Virus record (IMG/VR): IMGVR_UViG_3300045988_183322 | Origin: a virus | Strand: one strand, 5' to 3' | Length of the DNA: 64,000 bases | Part shown: positions 29,087-37,926 of the stretch, piece after piece | Layout: each line of letters starts with the position of its first letter | Numbering within the stretch: the stretch's first letter is position 1 | The notes under the pieces: generated by a model | Seen by the model: the letters and a program-made list of their open reading frames with translations, nothing else | The model's database searches: none | What the model was told of the DNA's origin: nothing | Position numbers and translations under genes: made by a program

Positions 29087-30982
29087 TTATGAGACTTTAT
29101 AAGAAGCAGGAACTTTATTCAAATGCGTAAAATATTCAATTCCATCTATGACGCTTGGCTCTATCTTTTCGAACCATTCAAAAAGACTCTGTAAACATTC
29201 ATCGTGCTGATAGCCATTCGTAGCTATATCAAGAACTCTTTGAGCGTCTGTTATCAATAGAGCGAGTTCTGGATTAGAAAAATTTTTATCGACAAAGGCT
29301 CTAATTCGTCTCAAATCAAGAAGATATTTTTCATGAATAATCTTTTTCACCCCAGTTTTTTTAACTTCCATCATTCTAGAAACTTCATTTCCTGATGAAT
29401 CAAAAATACTTTCATCATATGTGGGAATATTTTCACAAATTTCTGCAACTTTAGAATTAATGTCATCTTCAAAATCTTCTTTATTTGTAGAATTCAAAAA
29501 TGTTTTTCCATCTGAAAAATTATTTTTGTAATTTAAGAAGGCGACTCTGTTTTCTTCTTCCATACGCAGAAGAATATTCTTATTCTTAGAAAAGAATGGT
29601 AGAGTCACCATCCCATTGTTTTTTTTCAATTCTTCTTTTACCTCTTCTTCCAATCTTAGAACTGCCTGAGCAAGTCTAGTAATATCGCATGATGGAATAT
29701 ATTTTTCATTTGCATATTCGGCAATTAAATTTTTTATGCTACTTATGAGGCGCACTAATTCAGCCTCTTTGTCTAAAAGAATTGGTTCTTTAAAATCTTT
29801 TATCCCCTCTTCGTATCTGTGCGATTGCTCAAAAGCCTTGTCAAAATCATATACGTCTATAAAGTTTCCAACTCCTTTAAAATCAAGGAAGTTTCTCCCT
29901 TTTCTGTCTTCAAAAAAATTCTCTTTTGTGATTATGCTATTCCTATCATCAAAAAAACAATCAAAAGAAAAAATTGGAGGATAATAGCCTTTTACGAGAA
30001 AATAATAAAATACTTGTTTTATGGTGTCATAATCTATTTCTTCATTATCAAAATCATCTTCATACCCTTTGAATTTCTCTAATATCGCCCCGCCGTCATC
30101 ATGAAGATATGCCTCAAAAGAGATAGATTGAATCTCTTCTCTCTCTTCATTAGAAAGATTTCTATAGACATTCTTATAGAATTTAAGAGGCATTCTGTAT
30201 TTAAACAAATCATCCATGCACTCTGGATATTTCCCACGGAAAAAACTTTCCTCAAAAGGGATGATTTCATATTTTCTGCAAATATCCCTATAAGAAGAAT
30301 AAATCCAATGTACAGAAGACTCAATAAACAATCCCGCGCCCTCAATAGGAGAGAGAGTAGAAAGTTCCCATTCATAACGAACAGAAGCTATCTCTTTCGC
30401 CATGCCGACACTCAAATTCTCCCCCTCAATTTTAATAATTTCCTCTGCGATACAAATAAAAGAAAAATACCTTGCAACATCTCTAGCGCAACTACTAATG
30501 ATATCCTCTTGTATTTTTTTCCTTATCTTATATATTTGAATATCTCCGTAATCATGACAATATGATTCAATTTTTTTATCGTCAAGGAGGAAATTTTCTT
30601 TTTCAACTTTCTTCCCTAGAGAACAAGAGACGGAGCAACACAAATCAACAAAATAATTAAAACTGGACACAAAACTTCTGATTTTGCATCTAAGCCTATC
30701 ATCAGTAATTCTTTTGCCTTCTGGCTTCAAATCTTCCAAACAGCTAGTGATATCATAACGGCAAGAACTTATTCTATTCCTTTCTAAAACACATTTAGAA
30801 AAATCATCTCCAAGAGGAATCAGAACTTCGTTGCAAAACAAATGGTAATATTTTCGAGCGACATAATTGCAGAACAATTCATCTGCTATCTCTAAAGAAA
30901 AAAGATATCTTTCCGGACTATCAGCAAATTGAAAAATATTCTGATTGTCAATTCTTAATCGAGAAATATTGATATCCTGCAT
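29087..30982 (-). CDS. hypothetical early protein (631 aa), Cys-rich and acidic
   Basis: It is the first gene of the leftward early operon. No domain was recognised. Confidence 0.35.
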   Translation of the reverse strand: MQDINISRLRIDNQNIFQFADSPERYLFSLEIADELFCNYVARKYYHLFCNEVLIPLGDDFSKCVLERNRISSCRYDITSCLEDLKPEGKRITDDRLRCKIRSFVSSFNYFVDLCCSVSCSLGKKVEKENFLLDDKKIESYCHDYGDIQIYKIRKKIQEDIISSCARDVARYFSFICIAEEIIKIEGENLSVGMAKEIASVRYEWELSTLSPIEGAGLFIESSVHWIYSSYRDICRKYEIIPFEESFFRGKYPECMDDLFKYRMPLKFYKNVYRNLSNEEREEIQSISFEAYLHDDGGAILEKFKGYEDDFDNEEIDYDTIKQVFYYFLVKGYYPPIFSFDCFFDDRNSIITKENFFEDRKGRNFLDFKGVGNFIDVYDFDKAFEQSHRYEEGIKDFKEPILLDKEAELVRLISSIKNLIAEYANEKYIPSCDITRLAQAVLRLEEEVKEELKKNNGMVTLPFFSKNKNILLRMEEENRVAFLNYKNNFSDGKTFLNSTNKEDFEDDINSKVAEICENIPTYDESIFDSSGNEVSRMMEVKKTGVKKIIHEKYLLDLRRIRAFVDKNFSNPELALLITDAQRVLDIATNGYQHDECLQSLFEWFEKIEPSVIDGIEYFTHLNKVPASYKVS

Positions 30983-31715
30983 GAGCCTACTGCCTTTGAT
31001 GGGACTAACAGTACACGATAGATGGATTGTGTCAAGACAAAAAAATCGGCATAATAGTTGACAAAAAAGAAAAACGGGTGTAAATAACCAATGAACTCGC
31101 CCGAACAGGGAACATAGAGTCTTATAGGTTTCCTAAATCGCCTGTAAGCGGAATAGGCAAGCAATACTGGAAAACGGGTTGTGGAGCTTCCGTAGAAAAA
31201 ACAAATCGATTCAATGTAGAACATTGCCCCGCCAGTTCCGAAAGGAAGGTGGACATGGAGAGATAACTTGAGACGGAAATCTTATCAAGCTTATCATTGT
31301 GTACAGGCTGACCGACACGATAAAAAGGGGAATAATCTCCATGACATTGTATACCGCGACACTCCGTTTATACGGAAGTTTTGAACAATGCACTCCACTA
31401 CCCTTTTAGGGGTGGAGTGTGCCCGCTCCCCTCGTTTGCCGGAAGCCTTTGAACAAGGGGGATAACTTACAATATATTAATAATATATAATATATACTGC
31501 GGAAGATTTACCTCGGAAGGAGAAATTATCATAAGGTAAATTTATAATATATAATAATATAAATAATGAAAATCCTACTTATATGATGGGATTAAGATAA
31601 GACCATCATATAAAAATACTAGAGTTACCAATTTGCTTGTCAAATTGATGTGACTCTAGTATCAATGAAATATATGTTGACAAAATAGAAAATTTGTGAT
31701 TCACATGAATGTGTT
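30983..31715. promoter_or_regulatory. divergent control region, likely holding promoters and operators and possibly an origin, with repeated motifs and a GC-rich structured segment
   Basis: It is the longest non-coding stretch, 733 bp. CGGAAG occurs at 31373, 31440, 31500 and 31514, and its complement CTTCCG at 31187. TTGTCAA/TTGACAA-like motifs cluster near both flanking start codons (31025-31065 and 31630-31682). AT-rich direct repeats (TAATATATAATA...) lie at 31468-31560. A GC-rich segment spans 31150-31460. Confidence 0.45.
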
Positions 31716-32243
31716 ATGTGTGGAACAAATATTATTTCTTTAAAAGACTTTGATAATACTGAATCAAGAATAATCAAACCTAAATGTGGAGATATCGGTT
31801 ATGATTTGATTGCGTATCAAGAACCTGATATTATTGGTGCTCATTTTGAAAAAGATAGTGAAATATATTATTCTCACGTTGACTATATTGAATATAAAAC
31901 TGGGATATTTATTCAACCTCAGAGCAAAAATTTATATTCCTTAGTATTTCCAAGGAGTAGCATTTCCAACACAAGATTGTCTTTAGCGAACTCTGTTGGT
32001 GTCATTGATACATCATATACAGGGGAAATTTTGTGTAGATTCAGATATAATTATTCTCCGAAAGATTTTAAAATATTCAATGATAGATTCTATTTCATGA
32101 TTGATGAAGATAAAATTTATCATGCGGGAGATAAAATTGCTCAACTTGTCTTCATAGAGAAAACAAATGTTGATTTTAAGCTAGTTGATGAATTATCTTT
32201 GACTTCTCGAAATGATGGAGGATTTGGCTCTACTGGAAAATAA
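31716..32243 (+). CDS. dut: dUTP diphosphatase (dUTPase)
   Basis: Motif 1 is DIGYDL. Motif 3 is PRSSISNTRLSLANSVGVIDTSYTGEILCRFRYNY (RSgla.k.gi...GvIDsDYrGei.v.l.N). The C-terminus is glycine-rich (GGFGSTGK). Confidence 0.75.
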   Translation: MCGTNIISLKDFDNTESRIIKPKCGDIGYDLIAYQEPDIIGAHFEKDSEIYYSHVDYIEYKTGIFIQPQSKNLYSLVFPRSSISNTRLSLANSVGVIDTSYTGEILCRFRYNYSPKDFKIFNDRFYFMIDEDKIYHAGDKIAQLVFIEKTNVDFKLVDELSLTSRNDGGFGSTGK

Positions 32244-32277
32244 TTTATGAAAGGTCTTAAATACCTAAGTTAAGTAT

Positions 32278-32862
32278 ATGAAACCCAAAGGCATTTTACT
32301 TATATCTGGAAACGCTACTTCTGGAAAAGATACATTTTTTCGCGGATTAAGATTGATTTTTGGTAAATCTGTAGAACGTTTTGCCTTCGCAGATTCTTTA
32401 AAAAACGACACAGATATCCTAGCGGAGCGTATTTTTAATAAAAAGATAATTTTATTATCAAAAGAAGAAAAAGAGATATTTAGGCCAATTCTTGTCGATT
32501 ATGGTAATATTATGAGGAAAGTTAATCCTCTGCATTGGGTTAAAGAAGTAAATAAGTCAATACAATTAAGTAATGATGATTTTGATTATGTTGTTATTAC
32601 TGATTGCCGATATGAAAATGAATTAGTTTTTTTTCAGGAAAACTACTCTTGCCCCGTTAAATTGTTGTATCTTGAACGATATGATTGCTTGGGAAATACT
32701 ATTCCACCAGCAAATGAAATAGAAAAAGAAAATAACATTAAATTAAAAACTATAGCCGACTTCTTTTTCTCTTGGATTACTATTGGGGAAAATAATGAAA
32801 TTATGAAAACTTTAGTAAAAGATTATGTCAAGTTCAATATGCAAAACTTTTTTAAGCCATAA
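32278..32862 (+). CDS. deoxynucleoside monophosphate kinase-like P-loop kinase
   Basis: The N-terminal P-loop ILLISGNATSGKDTF resembles T4 dNMP kinase (LIFLSGVKRSGKDT). Confidence 0.5.
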   Translation: MKPKGILLISGNATSGKDTFFRGLRLIFGKSVERFAFADSLKNDTDILAERIFNKKIILLSKEEKEIFRPILVDYGNIMRKVNPLHWVKEVNKSIQLSNDDFDYVVITDCRYENELVFFQENYSCPVKLLYLERYDCLGNTIPPANEIEKENNIKLKTIADFFFSWITIGENNEIMKTLVKDYVKFNMQNFFKP

Positions 32863-33475
32863 AGAAATAAATTCGCTTGTTCTCAAACTCAAAAATGAGT
32901 TTGATGAAAAAAAATTTAATATTATTGTAGAAAATACAAAAAGAATTTATTTTAAGAGAATAGAATCTTACTTTAGATGCAAAAATTTTCTTTCAGAATT
33001 AGAAAAAGATAACCTGAAAGATGAGTATAAATCATTCATATATAACGCAATATATACATATGATTCTTCAAAAATGACCAGTTTTACAACTTATCTTCAT
33101 AATCTAACAAATTATACGCTATATACATTATATACTGTTGAGTTCAAAGAGGAAAGAAAAAAAAACGCAGAATGGTCTATTGCCTATGAAGGAAAAATAA
33201 ATGATGGGGATAATTTGTTAAATCAACTCTATAAAAAAGAAGAGTATTTCTTTGTCAAAGAAATTTTGAAAAACTGTTTAGATAAGTTTCATGACAAAAG
33301 AATAAAAAAAATACTTGACATACGATTTAATACATACGAGCATAAAAACGCTCCTTGGAAGGAAGTGTCTGAGAAAATTGGTTGTTCTAAACAATACTGT
33401 CATTTCCTCTTAGAGCAATTTTTTAATCGGCTAAGAATTGAACTTAAAAAATATTCATATGTCAGCACTAAATAA
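32825..33475 (+). CDS. sigma-70-family-like transcription factor (region 2 and region 4 HTH-like segments)
   Basis: The C-terminal KRIKKILDIRFNTYEHKNAPWKEVSEKIGCSKQYCHFLLEQFFNRLR matches the sigma region 4 pattern (..il.lRf....t..Eiae.lg.S...V.q....A...LR). The motif is weak. The ORF overlaps its upstream gene, so the real start is uncertain. Confidence 0.4.
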   Translation: MSSSICKTFLSHKEINSLVLKLKNEFDEKKFNIIVENTKRIYFKRIESYFRCKNFLSELEKDNLKDEYKSFIYNAIYTYDSSKMTSFTTYLHNLTNYTLYTLYTVEFKEERKKNAEWSIAYEGKINDGDNLLNQLYKKEEYFFVKEILKNCLDKFHDKRIKKILDIRFNTYEHKNAPWKEVSEKIGCSKQYCHFLLEQFFNRLRIELKKYSYVSTK

Positions 33476-33956
33476 CGTATCTATTCAAGGTAGACTTTCC
33501 TGTGACCCTGAACTTCGCTATACGCAAAATGGAAAAGCGTATTGTTCTATCTCAATATTTCTTGAAAACTCATACCCAACAAAAGATAATACTGGCGGAT
33601 TCATCGATGTCATTTCTTTTGAACAAAAAGCAGAGTTTCTTGCAAAATATTTTTCTAAAGGAGATGCTATTTTAATTTGTGGTAGCCTTAAGCATGATTC
33701 TTGGATAGATAAAGAAAGTAATAAATCCAGAAGCAAGTGGAGTATTGTTGCAAATAGCATCCATTTTTGTGGAAAGCGAATGACAGAACAAGATAATAGG
33801 GAAGATTCTAACCCACAAGAACAATCTAATAGAAAGCAGAATAATTATCAACAGCCTCAATATAAACAACAATCTCAACAATATTCTTATAAGAGAAAAG
33901 AAGAAAACCCTCCAGCTTGGGATGATAATAGATTTGATGACGAAATTCCGTTTTAA
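33459..33956 (+). CDS. ssb: single-stranded DNA-binding protein
   Basis: The OB-fold SSB pattern NNVSIQGRLSCDPELRYTQNGKAYCSISIF is present. The middle is Q/N-rich and the acidic tail ends DDEIPF. The ORF track starts at 33438, but Met at 33459 gives the canonical N-terminus. Confidence 0.8.
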   Translation: MSALNNVSIQGRLSCDPELRYTQNGKAYCSISIFLENSYPTKDNTGGFIDVISFEQKAEFLAKYFSKGDAILICGSLKHDSWIDKESNKSRSKWSIVANSIHFCGKRMTEQDNREDSNPQEQSNRKQNNYQQPQYKQQSQQYSYKRKEENPPAWDDNRFDDEIPF

Positions 33957-33986
33957 AATGTAATAAATGGACGCAGAGAGAAATCT

Positions 33987-34331
33987 TTGCGTCTTTTTAA
34001 TTCTAGCAAAATGAAGCATTTAGATATAATTGAAAAAAAAGAAAATAAACTTCAGTTTTTTTCTACAGGAGAAATAAGATATATTGGTCAAATTTTAAGT
34101 CATAATTCCGACCATAATGGATATGAATATACAAAAATCTGGATGGGTGACTTAGAGAAAGAGAAAATAAATGTAAAAGTTTCAGAGAATGGATTGATAT
34201 TTATTAAGTTCAATGTAGAAGATTCTGATTTATTGAAGAATATAGAAGTAAAACATGAAAAATGTTCTTTAGATAAATCCGAAGCTGTTTTATATGCTGG
34301 CGTTTTGACTATATTAACTAAATTTAAGTGA
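33987..34331 (+). CDS. hypothetical protein
   Basis: A 114 aa ORF. Confidence 0.3.
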   Translation: MRLFNSSKMKHLDIIEKKENKLQFFSTGEIRYIGQILSHNSDHNGYEYTKIWMGDLEKEKINVKVSENGLIFIKFNVEDSDLLKNIEVKHEKCSLDKSEAVLYAGVLTILTKFK

Positions 34332-34681
34332 TGCCAAATTATCTTTTTCGCAAAGAAGATGGGAGTATTATAGAACTTTTTTTTTCAATGAAAGAAGCTC
34401 CAAGAATAGGAGAAAGAATAATTCTTGATGATTTCACAAAGGCTATTAGATTAGCTTCTATACCTTCATTCAAACAAGGTCTCCCCAATGATATTTATGA
34501 TATTGATAAACTAGCTCAATTTTCTACCCCTCATGAGACAATAGGAGATACTATGGAAAGAAGCAGGGAACTTTCTCATAAAAGAGCAGAAGAAAATGGT
34601 GGTATCGACCCAATAAAAAGAAAGTTTTTTGATAATTATTCAAAAGAAAGAAAAGGGAAGAAACATCCTAAAGATGTTTAA
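34328..34681 (+). CDS. hypothetical protein
   Basis: A 117 aa ORF coupled (ATGA) to the upstream gene. Confidence 0.3.
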   Translation: MMPNYLFRKEDGSIIELFFSMKEAPRIGERIILDDFTKAIRLASIPSFKQGLPNDIYDIDKLAQFSTPHETIGDTMERSRELSHKRAEENGGIDPIKRKFFDNYSKERKGKKHPKDV

Positions 34682-34685
34682 TGAT

Positions 34686-34706
34686 TTACTTCTTTCTAAG
34701 AAGTAA
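34686..34706 (+). terminator. stem-loop at the end of the plus-strand nucleotide-metabolism operon (TTACTTCTT-tct-AAGAAGTAA)
   Basis: A perfect 9 bp palindrome lies a few bp after the stop codon. No strong T-tract follows. Confidence 0.35.
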
Positions 34707-34750
34707 TCGGAGTTAAGTATATAGGACCCATAATATACCTGTAAAGCACC

Positions 34751-34869
34751 ATGAATACAAATAACATAATGTTAAGTACAGATGAAGAAATTCGTCCCGA
34801 AGGGAAAGAAGCATTAAATCGTCTTTATAAAAATAATAAAAATCTTTCTCTGGATGATAAGATAAATAT
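34751..34869 (+). pseudogene. 5' portion of a small phage ORF interrupted by the transposon-like insertion
   Basis: The frame MNTNNIMLSTDEEIRPEGKEALNRLYKNNKNLSLDDKIN runs into the 8 bp target duplication ATAAATAT and then the left inverted repeat. Joined in frame to 39577..39727, it gives an 89 aa ORF. Confidence 0.55.
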
Positions 34870-34890
34870 GGAACCTATATACTTAAGTAG
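34870..34890. repeat. left terminal inverted repeat
   Basis: It is identical over 21/21 nt to the reverse complement of 39548-39568. Confidence 0.8.
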
Positions 34891-34925
34891 CCTTGTCGGT
34901 AAAAGACAGTAGAATAGAGCAATGA

Positions 34926-35861
34926 TTATTTTTTCGTTTCTTCTTCCGTAGAATTTTCTAACAGTCTAATTTGAGAATACTCAATTATCTCTGGAAGATA
35001 AGGCAATGCTTTTTTGTCTTTTTTATCAAAATAACTTATCATCTTTTCCGGAATCCAGACTGTATAAAAATGTTTTCTAAAGTCCGCTAAAAGTCTATTA
35101 GGATAAAGCTTGGCCCGTACAACTCTTCCGTCCTCATAGCGATGATTATAAGTAGGAAAATCATTAGGCTCTTCACCATTTTGACGTAGCCAACGACAAA
35201 ACATTTTGCCTTGAGAAATATCGGGTACAAGATTTTCAGGAAGCTCATAACCTTTGTCTTCTAAGGGAGCAATCAAATTGAATGTAAGTTCGTTCAGTAT
35301 AGAGAAATGCGTCGGAGGTATTTCAGAACGGTTAGCTAAATAACGCCTCAAATGGTAAGGTAATTCTGCTTTTCCTTTTATACTTCCTGTCATCCATTCA
35401 CGAACCCATCTTGAAACTGCAACGGCGAATTTCGGAGAACACCATTGAGCTAGATGAATTGCTACGTCAGGATGAACCCATGTACCTTGTTGCCACTTGT
35501 TTCCTGCCTGTTTTTGAATGATAAGGGTCGTTACGGGAATTCCCGTAACGATAACCAACTCGTTAAGAAACTCTTTTGTATATTTAAGCCTAGAATAGTC
35601 ATTAAACTTTTTCCCTACGGCCTGACACATTGCGGTAGCATTAACGTATCCATCTGCCATTCTTTGGGGAATCAAGTCACCGTCTACTTCATGGGGGATA
35701 ATACGTAAATCGAGTAGGCTTTGGCCGTTTTCTTCCTGTAGTATTTTTCTTGTACGACCAATTTGTTCTTTTTCAGAACTTACAGAATCAGTAATCTTTT
35801 TTGTTACGTCATCAAAACTCGCCTCAATAGGCTGAATCTCTTCCTTATTTTTACGTGCCAT
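34926..35861 (-). CDS. KilA-N domain protein
   Basis: DGYVNATAMCQAVGKKFNDYSRL...GTWVHPDVAIHLAQWCSPKFAVAVSRWV matches the KilA-N/APSES core (dgyvNat.mc.aagk....w.rl...GtwvHp.vA..fA.Wcsp.f). Its start lies 7 bp after the transposase stop, so the two are co-transcribed. Confidence 0.65.
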   Translation of the reverse strand: MARKNKEEIQPIEASFDDVTKKITDSVSSEKEQIGRTRKILQEENGQSLLDLRIIPHEVDGDLIPQRMADGYVNATAMCQAVGKKFNDYSRLKYTKEFLNELVIVTGIPVTTLIIQKQAGNKWQQGTWVHPDVAIHLAQWCSPKFAVAVSRWVREWMTGSIKGKAELPYHLRRYLANRSEIPPTHFSILNELTFNLIAPLEDKGYELPENLVPDISQGKMFCRWLRQNGEEPNDFPTYNHRYEDGRVVRAKLYPNRLLADFRKHFYTVWIPEKMISYFDKKDKKALPYLPEIIEYSQIRLLENSTEEETKK

Positions 35862-35867
35862 AATTTA

Positions 35868-36794
35868 TTAATCGGTCAATTCTTTATAGGAAATATGCTT
35901 TCCATACATCATTTCGAAGGTTCTGTCAATGAAATTCATTGTTTCCCAAGACGCTGTATTATGTCTGAAAGCGAATTCTTGAATGTAGCGTTCAAGATGC
36001 TTGGAACTCATAAAATGATAAATGCCGTAATATCCTCGCTTTAGTAAAGCCCAAAAGCTTTCTATGCCGTTAGTATAGGCTTTCTGGTTAACATATTCAC
36101 CTACGGAATGGTTTACGGATAAATGATTGTATTTGTTTAAGCCTCGATAGGATTTGAAATCATCAGTATAGACGGTGGCCCCTACTACAACGTTATCTTC
36201 AATGAAACCATGAAGAGTTTTGGCAGTTACGTCCGGGGCATGCTTAACAACAACTTCTCCATTTCGTTGTTTGATACCAATAACAACCGCTTTCCCAACA
36301 CTGCCCCTGCCTTGCCTAAGTTTCTTCTTAGAATGCTTGTTGCTTTCCTTACCGCCAATGAAAGTTTCATCTACTTCCACTTCTCCATCAAGCTTATCGG
36401 AATCAGAAGATTCCTCGGTTTGTTTATTTAGCCATGCCTCCCTGATTCTCTGTGCCAAAAACCATGCTGATTTTTGCGTGATGCCAAGTTCTTTTGCCAT
36501 TTGAGTAGAAGGAATACCTTTCCGAGAGGAAGTCATCATGTAAATAGCGAGAAGCCATTTCTTAAGAGGAAGCCGCGATTCTTCTAAAACTGTTCCAGTT
36601 CTAACAGAGAAATGTTTTCGGCATTCTTTGCATCTATAAGGCATCGGCTTATGATTTTTGCATTCGGAAACTTTATGGCTTCCACAATGAGGACAGACAA
36701 TTGAGCCATTCCATCTTTTCTTTTCCAAGTAAAGACGGGCGGCTTCTTCATCTGGAAACTTCTGAAAGAAATCGTAGATGCTGACTATCTTCAT
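35868..36794 (-). CDS. IS1595-family (ISXO2-like) DDE transposase with an N-terminal zinc ribbon
   Basis: The zinc ribbon is CPHCGSHKV...YRCKECRKHF. The ISXO2-like core is VEVDETFIGGK...VYTDDFKSYRGL...HLSVNHSVGEYV...TNGIESFWALLKRGYYGIYHFMSSKHLERYIQEFAFRHN. Confidence 0.85.
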   Translation of the reverse strand: MKIVSIYDFFQKFPDEEAARLYLEKKRWNGSIVCPHCGSHKVSECKNHKPMPYRCKECRKHFSVRTGTVLEESRLPLKKWLLAIYMMTSSRKGIPSTQMAKELGITQKSAWFLAQRIREAWLNKQTEESSDSDKLDGEVEVDETFIGGKESNKHSKKKLRQGRGSVGKAVVIGIKQRNGEVVVKHAPDVTAKTLHGFIEDNVVVGATVYTDDFKSYRGLNKYNHLSVNHSVGEYVNQKAYTNGIESFWALLKRGYYGIYHFMSSKHLERYIQEFAFRHNTASWETMNFIDRTFEMMYGKHISYKELTD

Positions 36795-36908
36795 GATGTT
36801 TACCTCCTTGTTTATCCAAAGAATAGCATAATATCATGGGTAGTCAAGTATTTTTTGGCTAGTTAAGTTCTCAATGTATTTCTTCATCTAAAGTAAGATA
36901 AAGAAAGG

Positions 36909-37841
36909 TTATTTTCCTTGACGTAATTTTCTGACTTCATTGACCTTCTGTTTGCTGAGAGGCCGACTTTCCAAAGAGAGATTAGCCATGAAGCCTTCCC
37001 AATAGTGGGTAAACTCTCTTGTATATCGGAAATCCACCCTTTTTGCCTCGTTCTTAAGTGTCGCTTCCCCCTTGAAGCAGTTAATATTCTTTTTGTCATT
37101 CACGACTTTCAGAGGGGTATCAGGAAGCAACATTTTCGTAATTACCAAAGCTTCTTCCTTGCTAATGCAAAACTCTTTTACTCCCTTGCGAATCTCAAGT
37201 CTGAAGCAAATATTCGATTTCGGAGTGAACAGGGCTTCTACCTTAAAAAATTCCCAGTCATCATTGCCCCAATGAAGCTTTGTAAGTCCTTCCTCTGTCT
37301 TGGATTTTTTCCCTCCCGGAAATTGAGCTTCTATTTTTTCGAGAGTCTCGCCTAATAGAGGAGAAGCCGGGAGTTTGATATCTTTTTCCGTGATGGTTTT
37401 CCCTATTTGCTGGGTTTTCAATAGAAGGTCATTATCTTTGACGGTAACTTTTTTCTCTTTTACAGAATAGTAGGTCTCAATGAACTTCGATTGATTTCTA
37501 GAACGCCCCTTGAACCCGTCGTCTTTCAATGAATATTGGAATTTGAAATCACCAGCAATATGCTCCTTTAGTAGATTCAAAGCTCCCGCTCTATTAGAAC
37601 AGTTGAAGAACTCCATTTTGAAGCATTTGTTCTGGAAGGTGAAATAGGCCTTTAGTTCCACTCCTTCCTTTTTCCATGTGAGGGTTTTGAAATCATGAGT
37701 GCCTCCGGCTTTTCCTTCCTTCCCTTCTCCCCACTTCTCATTCATTTTCTCAGGGGAATCTCCCAAATCGGCCTTAGCAGAAGGAAAAGCTGATAACAAA
37801 AGAGTTATCAAAATTGCGATATGATATGTTATTTTTTTCAT
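36909..37841 (-). CDS. secreted protein of unknown function (cargo)
   Basis: It has an N-terminal signal peptide MKKITYHIAILITLLLSAFPSAKA. Its GC-richer codon usage is like the transposase. Confidence 0.4.
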   Translation of the reverse strand: MKKITYHIAILITLLLSAFPSAKADLGDSPEKMNEKWGEGKEGKAGGTHDFKTLTWKKEGVELKAYFTFQNKCFKMEFFNCSNRAGALNLLKEHIAGDFKFQYSLKDDGFKGRSRNQSKFIETYYSVKEKKVTVKDNDLLLKTQQIGKTITEKDIKLPASPLLGETLEKIEAQFPGGKKSKTEEGLTKLHWGNDDWEFFKVEALFTPKSNICFRLEIRKGVKEFCISKEEALVITKMLLPDTPLKVVNDKKNINCFKGEATLKNEAKRVDFRYTREFTHYWEGFMANLSLESRPLSKQKVNEVRKLRQGK

Positions 37842-37926
37842 GCGTATAGCGGAGTTGTTTCTTTCGAATAAAAAACGCCCCTTCTTCCAAAATCAGAAAA
37901 AGGGACGTTCAGTCATGCTTTGAGAA

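Noticed and set aside
30955-31393. Two minus-strand ORFs (30955-31224, 31211-31393) in the divergent control region
   Set aside because: They lie in GC-rich, repeat-laden non-coding DNA with an atypical amino-acid composition. A regulatory or ncRNA interpretation is more likely than coding.
36210-36504. Plus-strand ORFs 36210-36431 and 36220-36504
   Set aside because: They lie antisense inside the transposase gene. They are short and proline/serine/leucine-rich, so they are spurious.
35868-36794. A compact ~1 kb IS bounded by its own IRs immediately around the transposase gene
   Set aside because: The KilA-N start codon follows the transposase stop by 7 bp. No IR-like sequences flank the transposase alone. 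The only convincing IR/TSD pair encloses the whole 4.7 kb unit.
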